The position numbers and the translations under genes are program-made. A model generated the notes under the pieces. The model had not been told where the DNA came from. It saw only the letters and a program-made list of their open reading frames with translations, and searched no databases. A DNA stretch of 64,000 bases from Eledone cirrhosa (taxonomy: Eukaryota): positions 167,644-231,643 of the forward strand of contig CAXHJY010000769.1 in NCBI GenBank assembly GCA_964016885.1. Direction: 5' to 3'. This document shows, in pieces, positions 13,726-27,041 of the stretch. Each line of letters opens with the position of its first letter. Within the stretch, counting starts at the first letter, position 1.

Positions 13726-16700
13726 ATAAAGACAAATTCACCTCGTGGACGAGATAAAGACAAATTCACCTCGTGGACGAGAATGCGAGCACTCCTCATT
13801 GTTTCGACCGCGGACGGCTAACATAACCCCATCGCCCCCCCCCCCCCCCCAAACGCAATCCAAAACTTCAGAGTTGGTACCATAAATGTAGGCACCTTAA
13901 AGGGTCGCGCTAACGAGGTTGTAGAAATGCTTGAACGTAAGGAGGTCGATGTTTGTTGTATTCAAGAGACCAGATGGAGGGGTGGGTCTGCTAGATTCAT
14001 TGAGGGTAAAAAACGATGTTATAAGCTTTTCTGGATGGGAAACGACGATGGGCTGGGTGGAGTAGGAATCATGGTAGCAGAAAAGTGGGCAGATAAGATA
14101 ATAGACGTAAATAGAGTGAACGACAGAATAATTAAAATAAGACTTGTCCTCAATAGAACTACGGTGACAGTAATATCTGCGTACGCACCCCAATCCGGAA
14201 TGCCCGGCACTATAAAAGACAGATTCTATGAGACACTGATGCTCACTACCTCCCAAATAACCGACAGTGACAATATAATTATCGCAGGCGACCTAAATGG
14301 TCACGTTGGACAACATTGTGACGGCTATGACGAAATCCATGGAGGCTATGGGTTTGGTACTAGAAATGAGGAAGGCTCCAGAATCCTGGAATTCTGTGAC
14401 GCAAATAACCTAACTATCTGTAACACTAACTTCAAAAAACGTGACAATCACCTGATCACCTATAGATCCGGGGAACACACAAGCCAGGTAGATTATATCC
14501 TTACCAGAAGACGTGACAGAGTGTCTGTTGTAAACACTAAATCCCTCCCCCATGAAGAATGCACCTCCCAACATAGACTGATAATTAGCGACCTCATAGT
14601 CAGGACGTGACGTACTCGACAGCAGAAGAGGACTATCCTCAGGAGAAAAATATGGAAGCTAAAGGACCCCACAGCCAGAAATAAATTTCAAAGCATATTA
14701 CTTGATGCTTTCGACAGTAAGGAAGAGCATTTAAAGTCGGACAATATAGAGGGACAGTGGGAATTTCTGAAAGCAAACCTGCTGATGGCGACAGACGAAG
14801 TCTGTGGCTGGAGCAGGCCTGTAGGCAGGAGGAGAGTAACATGGTGGTGGAACAGTAGGGTGGAGGGGTCAATTAAGGCCAAAAAGCAGGCTTGGAAAGT
14901 ATGGCGGGATGGGGGAAGTAGAGAAGACTATCAAGTGGCCAGGAGGGAGGCTAGGAGACAAGTGTACTTCGCAAGAAGGGAAGCAGAGGAAAGAAAGTTC
15001 AAGCATGTTCTACAACGCGAGGACCAAAAACGTGAGGTGTTCAGGATTGCTAGGCAATGTGTCAAGGAAAACCGTGATATTGTCGGGGAGAAGTGTGTAC
15101 TTAATGATGACGGCATACTTGCCATCACCGACGCTGATAAGAAGGTAGCTTGGAAGTGCCACTATGAAAGGCTACTAAATGAGGAGAATAAATGGGAGAA
15201 AGACAGTCTCCCCCACATCGACCCAATAGAGGGACCAGCAGTGTTAGTCGAGGGTAGTATAATAAGTAAGGCAATCAAGGATATGAAGACGGGTAAGGCG
15301 GCTGGGCCTTCGGAAATAGTTGCTGAGATGCTGAAGGCATCTGGCTCGGTGGGACACACCTTGGTCACCCGGATAGTTAACCAAGTCGTACAGAAGGGGG
15401 TTGTTCCGAAGGACTGGCATAGCAGCATCATCGTTAACTGTTATAAGGGTAAAGGAGATGCCCTAGATAGGAGTAACTATAGAGGCATTAAACTAATCGA
15501 CCAGGTCATGAAGGTCACGGAAAAAGTAATAGGGCAACTAATCAGAGAGGGAATTGACCTAGATGAAATGCAGTTCGGGTTTGTGTCAGGCAAAAGTACC
15601 ACAGACGCTCTTTTCATTGTACGTCAACTACAGGAGAAGTACCTAGCTAAAGGTAAACCCCTCTACTTAGCTTTTGTCGACTTGGAGAAACCCTTCGACA
15701 GAGTCCCCCGTTCCATTATCTGGTGGGCCCTTAGAAAACTAGGTGTCGACGAATGGCTTGTGAGAGCTATACAAGCCATGTATAAAGAAACGGTCAGCAA
15801 GGTTAGAATTAACAACGAATATAGTGAAGAGTTTAGCGTAAAAGTTGGCATCCATCAGGGCTCTGTTCTCAGCCCCCTACTATTTATTATTGCTCTTCAG
15901 GCTATAACAGAGGAGTTCAAGACCGGCTGCCCATGGGAACTCCTATACGCAGACGACCTGACACTCATAGCGGAATCAATGGCCGAGCTAGAGAAGAAAT
16001 TCCAAACATGGAAGCACGGCCTAGAATCAAAAGGCCTTAAAATTAACCTGGCTAAGACTAAAGTTCTAGTTTGTAGGAAAGAAAATTAGGCGGCGGTCCC
16101 TTCCGGGAAATGGCCATGCTCAGTGTGTAGGAAAGGCGTAGGTAGAAACTCCATTTTATGTCCCAAATGCAAAGTATGGGTGCATAAAAGATGTAGTGGG
16201 ATCACAGGTAAGCTAACTAAAAACTTAGATTTTACATGTGGGCGGTGCTCTGGTGCAATAAGTAGCAGCGAGTGCCCACAAAATACTAGCTCTTTCAATT
16301 GCACAGAGGGTTCTATAGAAATAGTGGACAGCTTCCGTTACCTGGGTCACAAAATCAGCAGTGGGGGAGGGTGCTCCGAAAGTACAGTAGCTAGAGTCAG
16401 AACTGGATGGAAAAAGTTCAGAGAGCTTATACCACTATTAGCCGCTAAAGGGTTCTCCCTAAAAATGAAAGGCAGGTTGTATGATGTCTGCATACGAACA
16501 GCTATGTTGCATGGCAGTGAGACCTGGACATTGTGCGCAGAGGATATACGCAGACTAGAGAGGAACGAAGCTTGCATGCTCCGCTGGATGTGTAATAGTA
16601 ATATACGTGAACGGCAAAGCATAAACGAACTAAGGAAAAAATTAGAAATAAGAGGGATCAGATGTTGTTTACTCGAGAGAAGGCTACGTTGGTACGGACA

Positions 16701-17286
16701 CGTGATGCGCATGAAAGTCGATAGCTGTATAACAAAGTGCAGGGCAATAAAGATAGACGGTAGCCACGGAATAGGCAGACCTAGAAAATCCTGGGACGAG
16801 CTGATAAACTCCGACCTCACACACTTACACCTCTCCAAGACAATGTCACTGGACCGAGACCTTTGGCGGTACTCAGTCATAGAGAAGACCCGCCTTACCT
16901 ATATACAAAGTAAAACCTACTACAGCCAGTAGGCATCTCTAACAAAATACACCCCCGTCCCACCACCCCCACCCCATCCACACCACCCCCTCCTATGTAA
17001 AGTTATGTTGGTGCCACAACATCCAGGCCGAAACAAATGAGATTGTGTAGTGTCACTTCAAAAAACACACAGTTCACGCTGTAATGTGGCCGTGTAGGCA
17101 ACACGGTAAAAACCTCCCAGCCCCACACTGTAAATGTGGTTGGTGTTAGGAAGGGTATCCAACTGTAGAAAACCTGCCAGACAGTCCTATGCGAGCAAGA
17201 CAATCACTCTTGCCTCAAGTGGGACTACCTCCGTCCAAACCCATGCAAGCGTGGAACACGGACGTTAAACGTTGATGATGATGATG

Positions 17287-17288
<2 letters not shown>
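13726..17288 (+). mobile_element. near-full-length RTE-clade LINE (family A)
   Basis: APE endonuclease, RT, ~370-bp 3' UTR, terminal stem-loop and (GAT)n tail; flanked by TA tracts. Confidence 0.95.
13867..16932 (+). pseudogene. RTE ORF (APE endonuclease + RT with internal PHD finger), two in-frame stops
   Basis: GTINV, CIQETRW, SAYAP, GDLNGH, VDYIL, SQHR; [18 protein letters not shown]; ORFs 13927, 14785 and 16123 share one frame, with stops at 14608 (TGA) and 16087 (TAG). Confidence 0.93.
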
Positions 17289-17326
<38 letters not shown>

Positions 17327-17520
17327 ACATATATATATACATACATATATATATATATACATACATATATATATATACATACATATATATATACATACAT
17401 ATATATATACATACATATATATATATACATACATATATATATATACATACATATATATATATACATACATATATATATATATACATACATATATATATAT
17501 ATATACATACATATATATAT

Positions 17521-17561
<41 letters not shown>

Positions 17562-17566
17562 CATAT

Positions 17567-19938
17567 ATCATCATCATCATCATCATTTTACGTCCGCTTT
17601 TCCCTGCTTGCAAAGGTGGGACGGGTTTTATTCAGCACAGCATCTCTCCACTCGTCACGGTCCCTCGTCGTCATCACTGTGATCTTCAATGATCTGAGGT
17701 CTGTTCTCACCACTTCCGCCCATGTTTTTTGTGGTCTACCTCAACTGGCAATTCCTGGCACTTTTTCACCCATCGGTCAACTTCCATGCGCATCACATGT
17801 CCATACCACCTCAGTCTCCTCTCACGTACACTACATTCTATCCCTCTCAACACATTTTTGCTAGGTCGTTCACGCACATTTACACTGCACATCCAACAGA
17901 GCATTCTTGCCTCATTTCTCTCCAGTCGTCGCATATCCTCTGCAGTTGCTGCCCATGTCTCTCTACCATGCAGCATCGCGCACCTCACACAGGCATCATA
18001 CAACCGGCCTTTCATACGCAGGGACAAACCCTTCTTCATCAACAGAGGAAGCAGCTCCCTAAACTTCTTCCAACCCGTCCTTATTCTAGATACTATGGCT
18101 TCGGAACACCCTCCTCCCATCCTAATCTGATCTAGGTACCGGAAGCTATCCACCACTTCTATAGCGACCTCCTGCATTTGAAAAATGTGTATCAACGCGA
18201 CTTCTATTGTCTAATTTCCCTGTACATCTACTGCATACATATTTCTCCCTACCTGTTAGTTTGCCTGCTATCCCGCTACATCTCTTGTGTACCCAGGATC
18301 TGCATTGTGTGCATTTTATAGAATTTATGCCAGTTCCTTTTCTGCATATCGAACATGGCCATTTCCCTGACGGAATCAGAGTTTTGTCCTCTTTTCTACT
18401 CATCAACATTTTTGTCTTAGCTAGGTTCACTCTCAGTCCTCTAGATTCCAACTACTGTTTCCATAGCCAGAATTTATTCTCTAGCTCCTCTACTGATTCT
18501 GCTATAGGAACCAGATCGTCAGCATAGAGAAGTTCCCATGGACAGCCAGTCTTAAACTCCTCTGTTATGGCTTGGAGGACTATAATGAACAAGAGCGAGC
18601 TGAGGACCGAACCCTGATGTACTCCTACTTGTATCTGGAATTCCTCACTAAACTCCATTCCTACCCTGACTTTACTGACAGTACCTCTGTACAAAGTTTG
18701 CACTGTCCTCACAAGCCATTCCTCAACACCTAGCTTCCTTAGGGACCACCAGATGACAGATCAGGGTACCCTGTCAAAGGCCTGCTCTAGGTCAACAAAG
18801 GCTAAGTATAGTGGTTTATTCTTCTATAAGAACCTCTCTTGTAATTGTCTCACCAAGAAGAGGGCATCTGTTGTATTCTTCCCAGGCACAAAACCAAACT
18901 GCATCTCATCTAGTTTGACCCTTTCTCTAATTAGTTGTGCTAAAATCCTTTCCGCCACTTTCATAACCTGATCTATCAGTTTCATACCCCTATAATTGCT
19001 CCTCTCCAAAGCATCCCCTTTACCTTTGTAGCAATTTATGAGAATACTGCTGCACCAGTCTTTGGGTATGACACCACCAAATATAGCCTGATTGATGATG
19101 CGTGCAACCAGTTTAGTGCCTACGTCCCCTGATGCCTTCATCATCTCAGCAACTATTCCCGATGGTCTGGCAGCCTTACCATTTTTCATTTCCCTAATCG
19201 CCTCTTGGACCCTATATTCGTCAATCTCAATAGCTGGTCCCTCTGTCGGATCTACCAAGGGTAATTTCTCTCTCTCCCATTTGTTCTCCACATTCATCAG
19301 TCTCTCATAATGACATTTCCAGGTCTCCTTTTTTTCTGATCATTCGTGACACTAAGTACACCGGCATCATCCCGGACACATTTATCTCCAACAACATCCT
19401 GATTTACATTGACACACTGCCTTGCAATGTGGAACATCGCACCCCTCTGATCTTCCTGTCGCAGAACATTGGCAAACCTCATACTCTCTGCCTCCCTGCG
19501 TGCTAAGTACACCTGACGTCTAGCTTCTCGCTTAGTGGCTGTATATTCTTCCCTACTCCCACCCTTTTTCCTAGCCTTCCATGCTAGTCTTTTGTCTCTA
19601 ATAGCCTTATCTACAGTGCTGTTCCAACACCAGATAACTCTCTGTCTGGTTGAAGCTCTGCTCCAGCCTCAAGTTTCATCAGTAGCCTGCAGCAAGTTGT
19701 CACGTAAGAAATTCCAGTTATCATCTATGTCATACGTCTCTAAATCGTCTTCTTTTTCGTCATATACATCTTGAAGGGCTTTCCTAAATTTGTATTTTAG
19801 TGAAAGGTCTTTTAGCTTCCAGACCTTTCTTCTGCACACCTTCCTATATGTCTCATTCCATCTCTTGCTTACTGAGATATCACTAACAACTAACCTATGC
19901 TGTGGGGGTACATTCTTCCCCAGGGTATGCCTTGGTAC
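17567..19938 (-). mobile_element. RTE LINE family C, 5'-truncated within the endonuclease domain, degraded
   Basis: ORFs 18824-19297, 18452-18712, 18146-18451 and 17707-18195; no long 3' UTR; tail-to-tail with the family A copy. Confidence 0.92.
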
Positions 19939-20083
19939 ATATACATTCATACACATATATATACATACATACATATATATATATATACATACATAAATAC
20001 ATATATATATATATATATATAAATACATACATACATACATATATATATATATAAATACATATATACATACATATATACATACA

Positions 20084-20117
<34 letters not shown>

Positions 20118-20267
20118 CATACATACATACATACATATATACATACATACATACATACATATATATATATATACACATACATACATATATATATATAAAT
20201 ACATACATACATATACATACATACATACATACACATACATACATACATACATATACATACATACATA

Positions 20268-20299
<32 letters not shown>

Positions 20300-20515
20300 C
20301 ATATATATATATACATACATACATACATATATATACATACATACATATATATACATACATACATATATATACATACATACATACATATATACATACATAC
20401 ATACGTATATATACATACATACATATATATACATACATACATATATATACATACATACATATATATATATACATACATACATATATATACATACATACAT
20501 ATATATATACATACA

Positions 20516-20547
<32 letters not shown>

Positions 20548-20589
20548 CATATATATATACATACATACATACATACATATATATATACA

Positions 20590-20623
<34 letters not shown>

Positions 20624-20641
20624 CATACATACATATATATA

Positions 20642-20741
20642 TGGTAGCTGCCAACTCGTTTTCGAGTACGGCCACTACTTTATATCCATGTAGGAGAACC
20701 TCTACCGATGCACTGAACGAGTGTGACGTTTTAGTCCAGCC
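20642..20741. repeat. unclassified structured repeat (second copy at about 26654-26751)
   Basis: two diverged copies, both starting directly after a TA tract. Confidence 0.7.
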
Positions 20742-20912
20742 ATATATACATACATACATATATACATACACATATATACATACACATATATACATACATA
20801 TATATATATATATACATACATACAAACATATATATACATACATACATATACATACATATACATACATACATATACATATACATACATACATATACATATA
20901 CATACATACATC

Positions 20913-20950
<38 letters not shown>

Positions 20951-21104
20951 CATACATACATACATATATATTATGCTAGGGAAAGGATCAGGGGTGTATA
21001 ACACTCCACTTATCCAGCAGGCAGTATGAGGTTAGCTCAATGTCTGAGGACAGAGCCGTAATATAATAAATAAATAACAAAGAACGCTTATAGCATATGC
21101 ATAT

Positions 21105-21162
21105 CTTTACTTGCTAACATTGTTTCATCCGCACTATAAGTGGGACTCATCAGAGCATAAAG
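21105..21162 (-). ncRNA. type-I hammerhead ribozyme (left arm)
   Basis: reverse complement of 21532-21589. Confidence 0.85.
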
Positions 21163-21531
21163 GTTAATTACATACCATACAAGCAATAACAAATCCAAGA
21201 CATTGAAGAATGAAAGGTAATAATAGACGATAGAGGATAAGAATAAAAATAAAAATAAAAATAAAAATAAAAATAAAAATAAAAATAAAAATAAGAATAA
21301 GGGGTGCTATCAGTCACAGTTGGGCGGGGTGCTGTCAACATATAGTTACTATATGTTGACAGCACCCCGCCCAACTGTGACTGATAGCACCCCTTATTCT
21401 TATTTTTATTTTTATTTTTACTTTTATTTTTATTTTTATTTTTATTTTTATTCTTATCCTCTATCGTCTATTATTACCTTTCATTCTTCAATGTCTTGGA
21501 TTTGTTATTGCTTGTATGGTATGTAATTAAC

Positions 21532-21589
21532 CTTTATGCTCTGATGAGTCCCACTTATAGTGCGGATGAAACAATGTTAGCAAGTAAAG
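21532..21589 (+). ncRNA. type-I hammerhead ribozyme (right arm)
   Basis: ctttatgct CTGATGA gtcc cac ttata gtg c ggat GAAAC aat GTT agcaagtaaag. Confidence 0.85.
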
Positions 21590-21708
21590 ATATGCATATG
21601 CTATAAGCGTTCTTTGTTATTTATTTATTATATTACATACATATATATACATTACCGTCTAATCCATGCTAGTGTGGAAGAACGGACGTAAAACGGTGAT
21701 GATGATGA

Positions 21709-21750
<42 letters not shown>

Positions 21751-21763
21751 TATATACATATAT

Positions 21764-21794
<31 letters not shown>

Positions 21795-22395
21795 TAAAAG
21801 GGTATGGATATTCCAACAGGCACTAGGTACCTACAGAAATATGCATGGTGTTTATAATAGTTGTGGTTCGATGGTACTAATTTGAGATACCAGAACTATA
21901 AAAATTAACGGAACAAGCAATTATCAAACAATATTTTAAATAAATTAAAAAACGATTTAAATATTCACCTGTTCTATTGCTGTTACCGACGGTTTCACTA
22001 ATCAAAAGATTGGAAATCCAGAGAATTTCCAATGGAAAGAATTAGATCTTCAGACAGCTATTTCCAAACCATAAGGGTGCAAACCTCATAGTAAGTTAAT
22101 ATTTCGCTTACTGCCCAACGCATGCGGTCAAGCCGTTGAAGTGACGCACATGCAAAATTAGGCCAAAAGTAAAGGCGGATTAGTATAAACTTGCTGACAT
22201 GCCGCTAAAAATAGCAGCGCGATACGTTTTGTTCTCTACATAAGGAGAAAAAATTATAAAAGGGTATGGATATTCCAACAGGCACTAGGTACGTGCAGAA
22301 ATATGCATGGTATTTATAATAGTTGTGGTTCGATGGTACTAATTTGAGATAAAAATGAGCAGAGCAAGCAATTATCAAACAATCTTTGAAATAAA
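21795..22395 (-). mobile_element. pLTR-like partial tandem (~461-bp period) with a hammerhead
   Basis: 21795-21945 recurs at 22256-22395. Confidence 0.65.
21979..22058 (-). ncRNA. type-I hammerhead ribozyme with long stem II
   Basis: minus strand: gctgt CTGAAGA tctaat...attagt GAAAC cgtcg GTA acagc. Confidence 0.85.
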
Positions 22396-22404
22396 TATAT
22401 ATAT

Positions 22405-22739
22405 ATCATCATTATTTCATTTTACGTCCACTTTTCCCTGCTTGCAAGGGTGGGACGGGAACTGATTCCGGCTTGATTTCTACAGCTGGATGCCCTTCCT
22501 AACACCAACCTCATTTAAAGTGTGTGCTGGGTGCTTTTTTGCCGTGGCACCTCCACGACCACTTTGCAGTGGAATGATAGGGACCCCAGTCCCTATCATC
22601 TCATTTCTACAGCTGAGTAAACTGGAGCAATGTGAAATAACGTGTCTTGCTCATGGAAACAACACATCACCCAGTCTGAGAATTGAACTCACAACCTTTC
22701 GATTGCAAGGCCAATGCTCTAACCACTAAGCCATGTGCA

Positions 22740-22740
<1 letters not shown>
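22405..22740 (-). mobile_element. tRNA-derived SINE with an RTE-derived 3' half
   Basis: A box TGGCTTAGTGG, B box GAGTTCAATTC, central GAGCAAGACAC domain, UTR modules shared with LINE B, terminus shared with LINE C. Confidence 0.85.
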
Positions 22741-25090
<2,350 letters not shown>

Positions 25091-25869
25091 ATCATCATCA
25101 TCATCATCATCATCATCAGGTTTAGCGTCCGTGTTCCACGCTTGCATGGGTTTGGACGGGGGTTTTCCCACTTGAGGCAAGAGTGGTTGTCTTGCTCGCA
25201 TAGGACTGTCTGGCGGGTTTTCTACAGTTGGATGCCCTTCCTAACACCAACCACATTTACAGTGTGGGGCTGGGAGGTTTTTACCGTGTTGCCTACACGG
25301 CCACATTACAGCGTGGACTGTCTGGCGGGTTTTCTACAGCTGGATGCCCTTCCTAACACCAACCACATTTACAGTGTGGGGCTGGGAGGTTTTTACCGTG
25401 TTGCCTACACGGCCACATTTACAGCGTGGACTGTGTGTTTTTTGTCGTGACACCTACACGATCTCATTTGTTTCGGCCTGGATGTTGTGGGACCAACATA
25501 ACTTTACATTGAAAGGGGCGGTGTGGGTGGGGTGGAGGTGGTGGGACGGGGGGGTGTTTTGATAGAGGTGCCTACTGACTGTAGTAGGTTTTTACTTTGT
25601 ATTTAGGTAAGGCGGGTCTTCTCTATTACTGAGTACCGCCAAAGGTCTCGGTCCAGTGACATTGTCTTGGAGAGGTGTAAGCGTGTGAGGTCGGAATTTA
25701 TCAGCTCGTCCCATGTTTTTCTGGGTCTGCCTACTCCGTGGCTACCGTCTATCTTTATTGCCCTGCACTTTGTTATACAGCTGTCGTCTTTCATGCGCAT
25801 CACGTGACCGTACCAACGTAGCCTTCTCTCGAGTAAACAACATCTGATCCCTCTTATTTCTAATTTTTT
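25091..25869 (-). mobile_element. RTE LINE A 3' fragment with duplicated UTR module
   Basis: KKLEIRGIR...KTRLT*, UTR, tail. Confidence 0.92.
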
Positions 25870-26051
25870 ATACATATATACATATATATACATATATACA
25901 TATATATACATATATATATATATATACATATATATACATATATATATATATATACATACATATATATATATATACATATATATACATACATACATATATA
26001 TACATATATATACATACATATATATACATATATATACATACATATATATAC

Positions 26052-26462
<411 letters not shown>

Positions 26463-27041
26463 ATGATGATGATGATACATACATACACACACATATATAT
26501 ATACATACACACACACACATATATATATACATACATACACACACACACACACACATATATATACATACACATATATATATACATATACATATATATATAT
26601 ATACATATACATATACATATATACATATACATATATATATATATATATACATATGGTGGCTGCCAACTCGTTTTCGAGTACAGCCACTACTTCATGTCCA
26701 TGTAGGAAAACCCCTACCGATGCGCTGAACGAGTGTGATTTTTTAGTCCAGCTAGCGACTTGAAAACTCTGGTACAAACACTACACTTGTGACAATTATT
26801 GACACATAGTGCTGGGCCCATTGTATCCTGTGATGACAAATTCAGAGAGAGCTCCAGATATAAAGCAATGGGTGTGCCGTGAAGCTTTTATAGTGAGCAA
26901 AGGCACTGTACAAAGCCAGTCCCACTCTCTTAACCAAGATTATATTTACCAAAAAGAAGAACATATACAAATATATATAGATACACATACACACATATAT
27001 ACATATACACACATATATATATATACATACACATATATATT

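Larger units (their letters stand above)
21058..21636. repeat. near-perfect palindrome (289-bp arms, centre 21347), pLTR-like
   Basis: arms are reverse complements with about one mismatch; contains (TAAAAA)n and two hammerheads. Confidence 0.93.

Noticed and set aside
14608-14610. TGA as selenocysteine or programmed readthrough
   Set aside because: The same copy has a second stop (TAG) where siblings have AAG, so ordinary decay is the simpler explanation
20642-20741. Canonical HDV-like or type-III hammerhead ribozyme
   Set aside because: Lacks P3/L3/P1.1 and lacks CUGANGA; kept only as an unknown structure
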